A DNA stretch of 64,000 nucleotides from an uncultured Deinococcaceae bacterium (GCA_964252075.1 CAXULY010000010.1:1-64000); one strand, 5' to 3'; shown: positions 21,326-30,856, counted from the first letter of the stretch. A program made the numbers and translations. Notes: a model not told the origin generated them from the letters alone.

Positions 21326-22258
21326 ATGGCCACTGACCCGTCCGTGCACACCGCCCTGCGCACCCTGCCGAGCCGCAGGCGGCGGCCCCTGCGGCTCGGC
21401 AATTACCTGTTCATCCTGCCCGCCGTGCTGTTCCTGGCGGTGTTCATGGTGTACCCCATCCTGCTGAACATCCAGATGAGCTTCCGGGACGTGACGGCCG
21501 CCACCCTGCTGGGCGGCGCGCCGTGGGTGGGCCTGCGCAACTACGTGGACGTGGTGCACAACCCCGCCTTCGGCCTCACGGTGCGCAACACCCTAGTGTT
21601 CACGCTGGCCTCGCTGGTGTTCCAGCTGGCGATCGGGCTGGGCCTCGCGGTGTTCTACACGCGCCGCTTCCCCGGATCGTCGTACATGCGCGGCCTGTAC
21701 CTGCTCGCGTGGAGCATCCCCATCGTGGTGAGCGGCACGGTGTGGCGCTGGCTGTTCGACGGCGAGAGTGGCGTCGTGAATTATCTGCTGCGCAGCCTGC
21801 ACCTTGTGTCGGACAAGATCTACTGGACGTCCGACGCGCAGTACTCCTTGCTGGCGGTCATCATCGTGAACATCTGGCTGGGCATTCCCTTCAACCTCAG
21901 CCTGCTCATGGCCGCCATGCAGGGCCTCCCCACCGACGTGTACGAGGCCGCCGACATTGACGGCGCGACGCGCGCGCAGCAGTTCCGGTTCATCACGCTG
22001 CCGCTGCTGCGCCCCGCGCTGCTCTCCACGCTGGTGCTGGGCCTCATCTACACCATCAAGGTGTTCGACGTGGTGTTCATCACGACGGCGGGCGGGCCGC
22101 TGGATTCCTCGCAGGTCGTCTCGACGCTCGCGTACAAGCTGGTGTTCCAGCAGTTCCAGTTCGGGCAGGGGTCCGCGCTGCTGAACCTGCTGTTCGTGCT
22201 GCTGTTCGTGCTGGCGGTGCTGTACGTGCGCAGCATCAGCCGCGAGGAGCGCGCGTGA
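21326..22258 (+). CDS. Carbohydrate ABC permease
   Basis: EAA loop YEAADIDGA; multiple TM segments. Confidence 0.92.
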   Translation: MATDPSVHTALRTLPSRRRRPLRLGNYLFILPAVLFLAVFMVYPILLNIQMSFRDVTAATLLGGAPWVGLRNYVDVVHNPAFGLTVRNTLVFTLASLVFQLAIGLGLAVFYTRRFPGSSYMRGLYLLAWSIPIVVSGTVWRWLFDGESGVVNYLLRSLHLVSDKIYWTSDAQYSLLAVIIVNIWLGIPFNLSLLMAAMQGLPTDVYEAADIDGATRAQQFRFITLPLLRPALLSTLVLGLIYTIKVFDVVFITTAGGPLDSSQVVSTLAYKLVFQQFQFGQGSALLNLLFVLLFVLAVLYVRSISREERA

Positions 22259-23097
22259 GGAGGCGCATGAACTGGTTCCGGGTGGGGTACAGCCGCACGT
22301 TCCTGAGCGTCGTCTTCCTGATGCTGTTCCTGTTCCCGCTGTACTGGATGGTCGTGACGGCCCTGCGCTCTCAGGCGGAAATCTTCGCGTACCCGCCGCA
22401 CTTCCTGCCGCTGCGCCTCGACTGGAGTTACTTCGCGAGCGTCACGGTCGGCAACCCGCAGCTCGTGCGGTACTTTGGGAATTCGCTGGTGGTCGGCACG
22501 GGCACCACGCTGCTCACGCTGGCGCTCAGCGCGCCCGCCGCCTTCGCGCTCGCGCACCTCCCGCTGCGCGGCAAGAGCGTGCTGCTGCTCCTGAGTTTAT
22601 CCAGCCTGATGTTCCCCGTGATCATGCTCGCCACGCCGCTGTTCGTGATCTTCAACAAGCTGGGCCTCACCAACAACTTGTTCGGCCTGGTCCTCGCGAA
22701 CACCACCGTCACGCTGCCCTTCGCCATCACGGTCCTGCGGCCCTTCTTCCTGGGCATCTCGCACCAGCTGGTCGAGGCGGCGCTCATTGACGGCACCACG
22801 ACCTTCGGGGCGTTCTGGCGCATCATCCTGCCGCTTACCCTGCCGGGCCTGCTGACCACCGCGATCTTCACCTTCCTGAGCAGCTGGGGCGACCTCCTGA
22901 TGGCCGTCACGCTCGCCAGCCAGGACCAGTTTAAGCCCATCACGGCGGGCATCTACAGTTACATCGGCTCGAACGTCATCCGCTGGAATCAGGTGATGTC
23001 GCTCTCCACGGTCGCCATGCTGCCCCCCATGCTCATTACGCTGATCCTGCAGCGCTACGTGGTGGCGGGCCTCACCGCGGGCGCCGTGAAGGAGTGA
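22255..23097 (+). CDS. Carbohydrate ABC permease
   Basis: EAALIDG motif; C-terminal GLTAGAVKE. Confidence 0.92.
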   Translation: MRRRMNWFRVGYSRTFLSVVFLMLFLFPLYWMVVTALRSQAEIFAYPPHFLPLRLDWSYFASVTVGNPQLVRYFGNSLVVGTGTTLLTLALSAPAAFALAHLPLRGKSVLLLLSLSSLMFPVIMLATPLFVIFNKLGLTNNLFGLVLANTTVTLPFAITVLRPFFLGISHQLVEAALIDGTTTFGAFWRIILPLTLPGLLTTAIFTFLSSWGDLLMAVTLASQDQFKPITAGIYSYIGSNVIRWNQVMSLSTVAMLPPMLITLILQRYVVAGLTAGAVKE

Positions 23098-23169
23098 CCA
23101 CCCGCCCGCACACCGCAGGGGAGGCCAAGCACCTCCCCTTTCCCCTGCCCCGCAAAGGAGCCTGACCCT

Positions 23170-24135
23170 GTGAAACTCGGCGTGTTCAACCCCATCCTGG
23201 GCACCCTGCCCTTCGAGACCATGCTCGACACCCTGCAGGGCCTCGGCGTGCAGGCCATCGAGGTCGCCACGGGCGGCTACGTGGGCGACGCCCACTGCAA
23301 GCCCGCCGAACTGCTCGCGGACGCGGACGCGCTGGACCGCTTCCGCTCCGCCATCGAGGCGCGCGGCCTGGAGATCTCGGCGCTGTCGTGCCACGGCAAC
23401 CCCCTGCACCCGGACGAGGCGGTGTCCGGCCCGCACCACGCCGCGTGGCAGGACACCGTGCGCCTCGCGGAGAAGCTGGGCGTGCAGACGGTCGTGACCT
23501 TCTCCGGCTGCCCCGGCGGCGGCCCGGACGACCGCGTGCCGAACTGGGTGACGTGCGCGTGGCCCACCGATCACGCGCGCGCCGTGGAGTGGCAGTGGGC
23601 GGAGCGCGTCATTCCGTACTGGCGGCGCGAGGCGGCCTTCGCGGCGGCGCACGGGGTACGCGTCGCGATCGAGATGCACCCGGGCTTCTGCGTGTACCAG
23701 CCACAGCAGGCGCTGCGGTTGCGCGACGCGACGCGCGACAACGTGGGCGTGAACTTCGACCCCAGCCACCTGTTCTGGCAACAGATTGACCCCGTGAAGG
23801 CCATCCGGTATCTGGGGCGCAGCATCTTCCATTTCCATGCGAAGGACACCGCGCTGGACCCCGTGAACGTGCCCGTAAAGGGCGTGCTGGATTACGAGGG
23901 GTACGACCGGATCGCGGACCGCGCCTGGGTGTTCCGGTCGGTGGGGTACGGGCACCCGGAGGCGGACTGGCGGGACATGGTGAGCGCCCTGCGCACGGTG
24001 GGGTACGACTTCGTGATGTCCATCGAGCACGAGGACGCCCTGGCGTCCCGACAGGAGGGTCTGCGCAAGGCGGTGGAGGTGCTGCGCGCCGCGCTCCTCA
24101 CGGAGCGGCCCGACACCCCATGGTGGACGGCGTGA
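23170..24135 (+). CDS. Sugar phosphate isomerase/epimerase (xylose isomerase-like TIM barrel)
   Basis: IEMHPG, NFDPSH, HFHAKD and SIEHED metal-ligand motifs. Confidence 0.88.
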   Translation: MKLGVFNPILGTLPFETMLDTLQGLGVQAIEVATGGYVGDAHCKPAELLADADALDRFRSAIEARGLEISALSCHGNPLHPDEAVSGPHHAAWQDTVRLAEKLGVQTVVTFSGCPGGGPDDRVPNWVTCAWPTDHARAVEWQWAERVIPYWRREAAFAAAHGVRVAIEMHPGFCVYQPQQALRLRDATRDNVGVNFDPSHLFWQQIDPVKAIRYLGRSIFHFHAKDTALDPVNVPVKGVLDYEGYDRIADRAWVFRSVGYGHPEADWRDMVSALRTVGYDFVMSIEHEDALASRQEGLRKAVEVLRAALLTERPDTPWWTA

Positions 24136-25184
24136 GCGCGTGGCCGCTGGTGCCCGAGGGGCGCCCGGTGCGCGCGGTGCTGGTGGGGTGCGGCGGCATG
24201 AGCGCCGAGTGGCTGCGCTCCGCCGCGCGCGTGGAGGGCCTGGAGGTGGTGGGCCTGGTGGACCTGCGCGAGGAGGCCGCCCGGCAGCGCCAGCAGGAGT
24301 TCGGGCTGGAAGGCGCGACGGTCGGCACGGACGTGGACGCGGTGCTCACCGCTACGCGCCCGGACCTGGTGTTCGACTGCACGGTGCCGGAGGCGCACCG
24401 CGCGACGGCCCTCGCAGCCTTCGCGCACGGGGCGGGCGTGCTGGGCGAAAAGCCCCTCGCGAACACCCTGGATGGCGCGCGCGAGATGGTGGAGGCCGCG
24501 CGCACGCTCGGGCGCTACCACGCGGTCATTCAGAACCGACGGTACGAGCCGAGCATCCGCCGCGTGCGGGCCTTCGTGGACAGTGGGCAACTTGGGGCGC
24601 TCACCACCGTGAACGCGGACTTTTACATCGGCGCGCACTTCGGGGGCTTCCGGGACGTGATGCGGCACGTGCTGCTGCTCGACATGGCGATCCACACCTT
24701 CGACGCGGCGCGACTGATCTCCGGGCAGGACCCCGTGCGCGTCACGTGCGTGGAGTGGAACCCCGAGGGCTCGTGGTACGCGCACGGGGCGAGCGCCGTC
24801 GCGGTGTTCGAGATGACGGACGGCGTGGTGTTCACGTACCGCGGCTCGTGGTGCGCGGAGGGCTTCCCGACCACCTGGGAGTCCGACTGGCGCGTGATCG
24901 GTACGCGCGGCACGGTGCGCTGGGACGGCGGCGCGCACCCGCGCGCGGCGCTCGTGCGGCAGGCGGGCGGCTTCCTCTCGGAGTTCGAGGAACTGGAGCT
25001 GCCGCCCGTGGCCCCGGACGCGCGCGTAGGCGGGCACGAGGGCCTCATCCGGGACGCCGTGCGCGCCCTGCGCAGCGGCGAGGCGCCCGAGACGGCCTCC
25101 GCCGACAACATCAAGAGCCTCGCCATGGTGCTGGCCGCCATCGAGAGCGCCGAGACAGGCGCGCGCGTGGACGTGCGCTGGTAA
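24132..25184 (+). CDS. Gfo/Idh/MocA oxidoreductase
   Basis: VGCGGM, EKPLA and LLDMAIHTFD motifs. Confidence 0.9.
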   Translation: MSAWPLVPEGRPVRAVLVGCGGMSAEWLRSAARVEGLEVVGLVDLREEAARQRQQEFGLEGATVGTDVDAVLTATRPDLVFDCTVPEAHRATALAAFAHGAGVLGEKPLANTLDGAREMVEAARTLGRYHAVIQNRRYEPSIRRVRAFVDSGQLGALTTVNADFYIGAHFGGFRDVMRHVLLLDMAIHTFDAARLISGQDPVRVTCVEWNPEGSWYAHGASAVAVFEMTDGVVFTYRGSWCAEGFPTTWESDWRVIGTRGTVRWDGGAHPRAALVRQAGGFLSEFEELELPPVAPDARVGGHEGLIRDAVRALRSGEAPETASADNIKSLAMVLAAIESAETGARVDVRW

Positions 25185-25190
25185 ACAGAA

Positions 25191-25221
25191 GGGGGCCCGG
25201 GCCGACGTGGCCCAGGCCCCC
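25191..25221. terminator. Hairpin between convergent genes
   Basis: GGGGGCCCGGGCC / GGCCCAGGCCCCC. Confidence 0.55.
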
Positions 25222-25231
25222 ACTTTCTCGT

Positions 25232-26704
25232 TCAGGCGTTATAAGCGGTGCTGACCGTGTCGCCGCCGCGCCCGGTCCAGTTCGTGTGGAAGAACTGCCC
25301 GCGCGGCTGGTCCGTGCGCTCGAAGGTGTGCGCGCCGAAGTAATCGCGCTGCGCCTGAATGAGGTTCGCGGGCAGCGTCGCGCTGCGGTACCCGTCGTAG
25401 AAGGCGAGCGCGCTGGAGAACGCGGGCACCCACGTGCCGCCCAGCACCGCCGCCGCGATCGCCTGGCGCCACGCACCCTGCGCGCCCTGCACGGCCTGCG
25501 TGAAGTACGGTGCGAGCAGCAGGTTCGCGAGGTCCGGCTGCGCGTCGTACGCCTCCTTGATGCGGTCCAGGAACTGCGCGCGGATGATGCAGCCCTCCCG
25601 CCACATCAGCGCGATGCTCCCGAAGTTCAGGGTCCAGCCGAAGTCACGCGCGGCCATGTTCATGAGCTGGAAGCCCTGCGCGTACGCGCCGATCTTGCTG
25701 GCGTACAGCGCGCGGCGCACCTGTTCCGTGAAGGCCTCGCGGTCCTCCACCCCCTGCGCGTCGGGGCCCTGCAGCAGCTTCGCGGCCTCCACGCGCTCGG
25801 ACTTCAGGGCGCTCATGGCGCGCGCGAACACCGCCTCCGTGATGGTCGCCGTGGGGCTCCCCACGTCCAGCGCGGTCTCGGACGTCCACTTGCCCGTGCC
25901 CTTCTGCCCGGCGGCGTCCAGAATCACGTCCACCATGGGTGCGCCCGTGTGGTCGTCCGTCTTCTGCAGGATGTCCGCCGTGATCTCGATGAGGTAGCTG
26001 TTCAGCTCGCCCTTGTTCCACTCCTCGAACACCGCGCCGATCTCGGCGGGCGTGAGGCCCAGCGCGCCGCGCAGCAGGCTGTACGCCTCCGCGATCATCT
26101 GCATGTCGGCGTACTCAATGCCGTTGTGCACCATCTTCACGAAGTGCCCCGCGCCGCCCGGCCCCACCCAGTCGCAGCACGGCGTGCCGTCCGCGACCTT
26201 CGCGGCGATCGCCTGGAAGATCGGCTTGATGATGGGCCACGCGTCCGGGTTGCCGCCCGGCATGATGCTCGGCCCGTGCAGCGCGCCCTCCTCGCCACCC
26301 GACACGCCCGTCCCCACGAACAGGATGCCCTGGTCCGTGAGTTCACGCGTGCGGCGCTCGCTGTCCCGGTAATGGCTGTTCCCGCCGTCAATCACCACGT
26401 CGCCGGGCTCCAGGTACGGCAGCACGTGCGCGATGGTCTGGTCCACGGGTGCGCCCGCCTTCACCATCACCATCACCTTGCGGGGCTTCTTGAGGCTCGC
26501 CACAAAACTCTCGGCGTCCATCGCGCCGATGATGCGCTTGCCTTTCGCGCGGCCCTCCACGAAGTCCGTGACCTTGCTGGTCGTGCGGTTGAAGGCGGCG
26601 ACCGTGAAGCCCTTGCTCTCCATGTTCAGGATCAGGTTCTCGCCCATCACGGCCAGCCCGATCAAACCGATGTCCGCCTGCGCCCCTTCAGCTGCCTGTG
26701 TCAC
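25232..26704 (-). CDS. gndA: NADP-dependent 6-phosphogluconate dehydrogenase
   Basis: GLAVMGENL, GHFVKMVHNGIEY, QKGTGKW and QAQRDYFGAHT motifs. Confidence 0.96.
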   Translation of the reverse strand: MTQAAEGAQADIGLIGLAVMGENLILNMESKGFTVAAFNRTTSKVTDFVEGRAKGKRIIGAMDAESFVASLKKPRKVMVMVKAGAPVDQTIAHVLPYLEPGDVVIDGGNSHYRDSERRTRELTDQGILFVGTGVSGGEEGALHGPSIMPGGNPDAWPIIKPIFQAIAAKVADGTPCCDWVGPGGAGHFVKMVHNGIEYADMQMIAEAYSLLRGALGLTPAEIGAVFEEWNKGELNSYLIEITADILQKTDDHTGAPMVDVILDAAGQKGTGKWTSETALDVGSPTATITEAVFARAMSALKSERVEAAKLLQGPDAQGVEDREAFTEQVRRALYASKIGAYAQGFQLMNMAARDFGWTLNFGSIALMWREGCIIRAQFLDRIKEAYDAQPDLANLLLAPYFTQAVQGAQGAWRQAIAAAVLGGTWVPAFSSALAFYDGYRSATLPANLIQAQRDYFGAHTFERTDQPRGQFFHTNWTGRGGDTVSTAYNA

Positions 26705-26828
26705 ATGAACCTCCGCTTCCCGTCGCGCACTCTGACATGCGCGGCGCGGCGGGAACCCGCACCACTCTAGGGCGCCGCCAGGCCCCGCAACCGTGGCTCA
26801 GCGCCCGCGTGCGGTAAGCTGCCGTCTT

Positions 26829-27785
26829 GTGAGCGCGCCTCCCGCACCGAACGAACCGCCCATCCTGGTGGCGGGCGGCATCAACATGGACGTGAAGGGC
26901 CGCACGCTCGACACCCCGCAGCTCGGCACCAGCAACCCCGCGCGCTCGTACCTGTCGCCCGGCGGCGTGGCGCGCAACATCGCGGAGAACCTCGCGCGGC
27001 TCGGGTGCCCCGTGCACCTGCTGGGCGCGGTCGGCGAGGACGCCCTCGGGCGCGCGCTGCTGGACCAGACGGCCAGCGCGGGCGTGAACGTGACGGGCGT
27101 GCTGCGCCGCAGCGAGGCGACCGGCACGTACACCGCCGTGCTGGACGAGCACGGCGAACTGCTGATCGGGCTGGCCGCCATGCAGATTCTGGACGCGCTC
27201 ACGCCCGGCACCGTCGTGGACTGGCTGGCGCGCGTCCGCGAGGCCGCCCTGCTGGTGCTGGACGCGAACCTGCCCGAGCGCACCCTCACGCTGCTGGCGC
27301 GCGAGGCCCGGCAATCGGGGGTGGGCGTGGTGCTGGAGCCCGTCAGCGCGCCGAAAGCGGAACGCCTGAAGGCCGCGCTGGCGGGCACGCTGCTCATCAC
27401 GCCGGACCTCGCGGAGCTGCGCACCCTCACGGGCCTCCCCACCCGCACCGACCACCAGATCGAGGCGGCGGCCCGCGCGCTCACGGAGCAGGGCGTGACG
27501 CACGTGCTCGTCACGCTCGGCGTGCGCGGCAGCCTGCACGTCCCCCTGGACGGCCCCGTCTCGTGGACGCCCGCCACGACCGCCACCGTGAGTGACGTGA
27601 CGGGCGCCGGCGACAGCTTCACGGCGGGCGTCGTGGCGGCCCTGCAGCGCGGCCTGACGCTGCCCGCCGCCGCCCGCTGGGGTCACGCCAGCGCGGCCCT
27701 CACCGTGGAGCACACCGGCACCGTGTACGAAGACCTCTCCCCAGACACCCTGAACGCGCGGCTGAGCCGCATGGAGCACCCATGA
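26829..27785 (+). CDS. psuK: PfkB-family kinase, probable pseudouridine kinase
   Basis: GGVARNIAENLARLG and DVTGAGDSF motifs; overlaps psuG. Confidence 0.8.
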   Translation: MSAPPAPNEPPILVAGGINMDVKGRTLDTPQLGTSNPARSYLSPGGVARNIAENLARLGCPVHLLGAVGEDALGRALLDQTASAGVNVTGVLRRSEATGTYTAVLDEHGELLIGLAAMQILDALTPGTVVDWLARVREAALLVLDANLPERTLTLLAREARQSGVGVVLEPVSAPKAERLKAALAGTLLITPDLAELRTLTGLPTRTDHQIEAAARALTEQGVTHVLVTLGVRGSLHVPLDGPVSWTPATTATVSDVTGAGDSFTAGVVAALQRGLTLPAAARWGHASAALTVEHTGTVYEDLSPDTLNARLSRMEHP

Positions 27786-28690
27786 ACCCGCACCTTGACT
27801 GCACGCCCGAAGTCCAAGACGCCCTCGCCTCCGGCCGCCCCGTGGTGGCGCTGGAGAGCACCATCATCAGCCACGGCATGCCGCACCCGCAGAACGTGCA
27901 CACCGCCCGCGAGGTGGAGGACATCGTGCGCGCGAACGGCGCGGTGCCCGCCACCATCGCCATCATTGGCGGGCGCCTCAAGGCGGGCCTCACGCCGGAC
28001 GAACTGGAACTGCTCGGCACCGACCCCAGCGTCACGAAGGCCAGCACGCGGGACCTGGGCCTGCTGGTCGCGCAGGGACGCCACGGCGCGACCACCGTGG
28101 CGTCCACCATGCGCGTCGCGGCCCTCGCGGGCATCCACGTGTTCGCCACGGGCGGCACGGGCGGCGTGCACCGCGGCGCGGCACAAAGTTACGACATCAG
28201 CGCGGACCTCACGGAACTCGCGCGCAGCCGGGTCGCGGTCGTGAGCGCGGGCGTGAAGAGCATCCTCGACATTGGCCTCACGCTGGAGTATCTGGAGACG
28301 CAGGGCGTGCCCGTCGTGACGCTCGGCGCGGACGAATTCCCCGCCTTCTACAGCCGCCACTCGGGCTTCGCGACGCCCCTGCGCCTCGACTCGCCCAGTG
28401 AGGTGGCGGGCATGCTGCGCGCCATGTGGGCGCTCGGCGACCAGGGCGGCGCGCTCGTCGCAAACCCCATCCCCGAGGACGCCGAGATTCCCGCGGGAGA
28501 AATCACGCCGCACATCGAGCGGGCCCTCAGCGACATGACCGCGCAGGGCGTGAGCGGCAAGGACACCACCCCGTACCTGCTGGGCCGCATCGTGGAGATC
28601 ACGGGCGGGCAGAGCCTCACCGCGAACATCGCGCTCGTGAAGCACAACGCGGCGGTCGCCGCGCAGATTGCGGCGACCCTGGCGGGCTGA
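27782..28690 (+). CDS. psuG: Pseudouridine-5'-phosphate glycosidase
   Basis: VVALESTIISHGMP, ATTVASTM, DISADL and GKDTTPYLL motifs. Confidence 0.95.
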   Translation: MNPHLDCTPEVQDALASGRPVVALESTIISHGMPHPQNVHTAREVEDIVRANGAVPATIAIIGGRLKAGLTPDELELLGTDPSVTKASTRDLGLLVAQGRHGATTVASTMRVAALAGIHVFATGGTGGVHRGAAQSYDISADLTELARSRVAVVSAGVKSILDIGLTLEYLETQGVPVVTLGADEFPAFYSRHSGFATPLRLDSPSEVAGMLRAMWALGDQGGALVANPIPEDAEIPAGEITPHIERALSDMTAQGVSGKDTTPYLLGRIVEITGGQSLTANIALVKHNAAVAAQIAATLAG

Positions 28691-28705
28691 AGTGCGGTAA
28701 TGGAG

Positions 28706-28736
28706 AGGGGCGGCCCAGCTGGGCCGCCCCTTCTTT
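28706..28736. terminator. Bidirectional terminator between psuG and rsr
   Basis: AGGGGCGGCCC-AGCT-GGGCCGCCCCT followed by TCTTT. Confidence 0.75.
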
Positions 28737-30329
28737 CTAGAACTCGCCGCGCGCGAAGGTGCTCATCACGTTCGGCGTGCTGCTGTCGAAGCCCACGAGG
28801 TCCAGCATGCCCGCGTCGTTCGGGTCCGCGATGGTGAAATTCGTGGCGGTCAGGCCCACCACCATGAGCCGCGCGGGGATGCCGGTGCGGTCGCGGTACG
28901 CCTGCAGCGCGGCGTGCGGCTGGACCTTGCCCGCCCAGGTCTCGTTGTCCGTGTAGACCACGAACACGTCCGCCTCCACCTTGTGCTTCATGGCCCACGT
29001 CATGGGCAGGGCGCAGTCCGTCCCGCCGAAGCTGGCGAGCTGCGTCTTGCGCGTGACGGCCTCCAGGGTGTCGCGCGGGGTGATGCCGAGGTCGCGGAAG
29101 TCGTGCGCGAAGCCCATCGCAAGCGCCTGGGGCTCGCTGCGGTAGGTGACCATCGCCATCGCGGAGGCCGCGACGTTGGGGGTTAGGCCCGGCACGCCCG
29201 CCACCATGCCCGCCGTCATGCTGCCGGACACGTCCACGCCCAGCAGGAAGCGCTTGCCGGAGGGCCGCACGTTCCCGAACGCCAGGTAGAAGGCCGCCTC
29301 CAGCGCGTCCACCACCTGCGGCACCACGGGCCACTCGCCGCTGCCGCGCACGCCCCGCCCGGCGCGGTACACCATGAGGGCCTTCAGCGCGTCGATGGGG
29401 TGGATGCGGCCCTTGCGGAGCGCGCCCTCGTCCGTCAGGCGGCGCACGACCGCCTGCGTCACGTCCCAGCCCCCCGGCACCAGCAGGCCCACGCGCCCCA
29501 GGTTGCCCAGGTTGCGCAGCAGCCACGTCAGGCCGTTGGTGCCCATGGCCGCGCGGTACACCTCGGGGCCGCGCGCCTCGGTCGGCACCGCCTCGATGGG
29601 CAGACTGTACTCGCGCATGAGCGAGGCCGCTTCAAAGTCCGTGCGGACCTTCAGGGCCAGCAGGTGCCCCTCGATCACGCGCAGCGCGGGGTCGGTGGCG
29701 TCCTCCAGCACGCCGTCCACCATGAACTTGAAGAGCGCGTTGCGGGTGGCGTCCGCCGTCTTGGGGTGCGCGAGCCGCAGGGCGTCCGCCTGGCTCCAGC
29801 CGTCACGCGCCTTGTACTTCACCGCCCACAAGGCCAGCCGCTCCACGGGCAGCGTCTCGTACACGTTCGCCACGCCCCGGCGGGTCAGGCGGCCCCACCC
29901 GCCGAAGGACTGCGCGAAGGCCAGGAAGTGCAGCAGCATGGTGCCGGTGCGCGCCACCTCCGGCAGCGCGTTCCAGGCGGCCTTGCGGGCCTCCAGGTCA
30001 CCGAGCTTCGCCGCGGCGGCGAGCGCCAGCAGCGAGGGATCGGCCTTTGGCGCGCGGTTGGCACGCGCGACCTCCAGGATGGTACGCACCATGCCGAGGC
30101 CGTCCGAGACGGCGTACGCCTGCACGAAGTCCGTCTCCAGCTTCGTCTGGGCGCGCTCGGTCGCGTAGTAGGTGCCGCCCTCGGTGCCCAGGATCAGGAA
30201 GCGCAGGAGGCGCTGCTCGTCACCCACGCGGAAGCCGTACCCCCCGGCGTTGTTCAGGACCTGATCGGGCCGCGCGCGGGTGCGCTGGTCGGCCAGCTTG
30301 GCGTTCACGCTCTTCAGCAGGTGCTTCAT
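28737..30329 (-). CDS. rsr: Ro60/TROVE-vWA RNA-binding protein Rsr (530 aa)
   Basis: NNAGGY, RFLILGTEGGTYY, KYKARDGWSQADALRLAHPK, MIDAS DVSGSM, GGTDC and YTDNETW motifs; SD GAAGGAGG before ATG 30329. Confidence 0.95.
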   Translation of the reverse strand: MKHLLKSVNAKLADQRTRARPDQVLNNAGGYGFRVGDEQRLLRFLILGTEGGTYYATERAQTKLETDFVQAYAVSDGLGMVRTILEVARANRAPKADPSLLALAAAAKLGDLEARKAAWNALPEVARTGTMLLHFLAFAQSFGGWGRLTRRGVANVYETLPVERLALWAVKYKARDGWSQADALRLAHPKTADATRNALFKFMVDGVLEDATDPALRVIEGHLLALKVRTDFEAASLMREYSLPIEAVPTEARGPEVYRAAMGTNGLTWLLRNLGNLGRVGLLVPGGWDVTQAVVRRLTDEGALRKGRIHPIDALKALMVYRAGRGVRGSGEWPVVPQVVDALEAAFYLAFGNVRPSGKRFLLGVDVSGSMTAGMVAGVPGLTPNVAASAMAMVTYRSEPQALAMGFAHDFRDLGITPRDTLEAVTRKTQLASFGGTDCALPMTWAMKHKVEADVFVVYTDNETWAGKVQPHAALQAYRDRTGIPARLMVVGLTATNFTIADPNDAGMLDLVGFDSSTPNVMSTFARGEF

Positions 30330-30412
30330 ATTCGGCCCTCCTTCGTGGGCAGAGTGCTGATCAAAAAGACGTGTTGACAGCGGCGCGTGGCCGCGAGCAA
30401 CCAGAAAAACCG

Positions 30413-30549
30413 GGAAGCGGGTGGGATTTGGGCCCACGGGTCCACCTCTGGACGCATGTCCGTCACCCTCCGCGAGCGGCCCAGACCTGGGTGGAGCGCA
30501 AGGATGCCATACGGCCACATGTGCGTTTGACCAGCTCCGCCACCGCTCC
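30413..30549 (-). ncRNA. tRNA-Y RNA chimera A (degenerate; type-II tRNA body with extended arm replacing the anticodon loop)
   Basis: Acceptor GGAGCGG/CCGCTTC; D arm GCGGAGCTGGTCAAACGC; variable arm GTCCA-GAGG-TGGAC; T arm GTGGG-CCCAAAT-CCCAC; insert contains CCCAG-GT-CTGGGCCG. Confidence 0.65.
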
Positions 30550-30573
30550 CCAGCGGTGTCCCCCTTGCGGGGC

Positions 30574-30705
30574 GGGGACAGGTGGGGTTCGAACCCACGA
30601 CACTGAACTCCAGATCACCCTCCACGGTCGGCCCGGAACCGGGCGAGTGGGTGCGGAGGGAGCGCCTCGCGGCGTTTCATGCTCTACCAACTGAGCTACT
30701 GTCCC
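30574..30705 (-). ncRNA. tRNA-Y RNA chimera B
   Basis: Acceptor GGGACAG/CTGTCCC; D arm GCTCAGTTGGTAGAGC; T arm GTGGG-TTCGAAC-CCCAC; anticodon arm replaced by CCCTCC..CACTCGCCCGG-TT-CCGGGCCGA..GGAGGG. Confidence 0.8.
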
Positions 30706-30729
30706 CGGTGTTATGCCCCTATGCGGGGC

Positions 30730-30856
30730 TGGTAGGGCGGGTGGGACTCGAACCCACGACCTGGCCATAAGGAGTGGTAACCCTCAGGGCTTCGGCCCGA
30801 CAGGCAAGGTGCGCCCGAGGGAGTTGTTCCTGCTCTACCAACTGAGCTACCGCCCT
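30730..30856 (-). ncRNA. tRNA-Y RNA chimera C with encoded CCA
   Basis: Acceptor AGGGCGG/CCGCCCT-A-CCA; D arm GCTCAGTTGGTAGAGC; T arm GTGGG-TTCGAGT-CCCAC; insert CCCTCGGGC-GCACCTTGCCT-GTC-GGGCCGAA-GCCCTGAGGG. Confidence 0.82.

Noticed and set aside
30330..30518. 63-aa N-terminal extension of Rsr, and the short ORFs over 30.3-31.8 kb in the ORF track
   Set aside because: They overlap structured RNA genes; a strong SD and Ro60 similarity begin at ATG 30329.
30620..30800. Alternative YrlA register spanning from the GGGCCGA of C to the CTCGCCC of B
   Set aside because: It would need CCGCCCT to pair with GGGACAG as the acceptor stem, which pairs poorly, while each unit's own acceptor stem is fully paired. 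Not formally excluded without end mapping.
30574..30856. Chimeras read as intron-containing tRNAs
   Set aside because: The inserts are far too short for group I/II introns, I could not reconstruct a 7-nt anticodon loop, and the inserts match the neighbouring Y RNA motifs.
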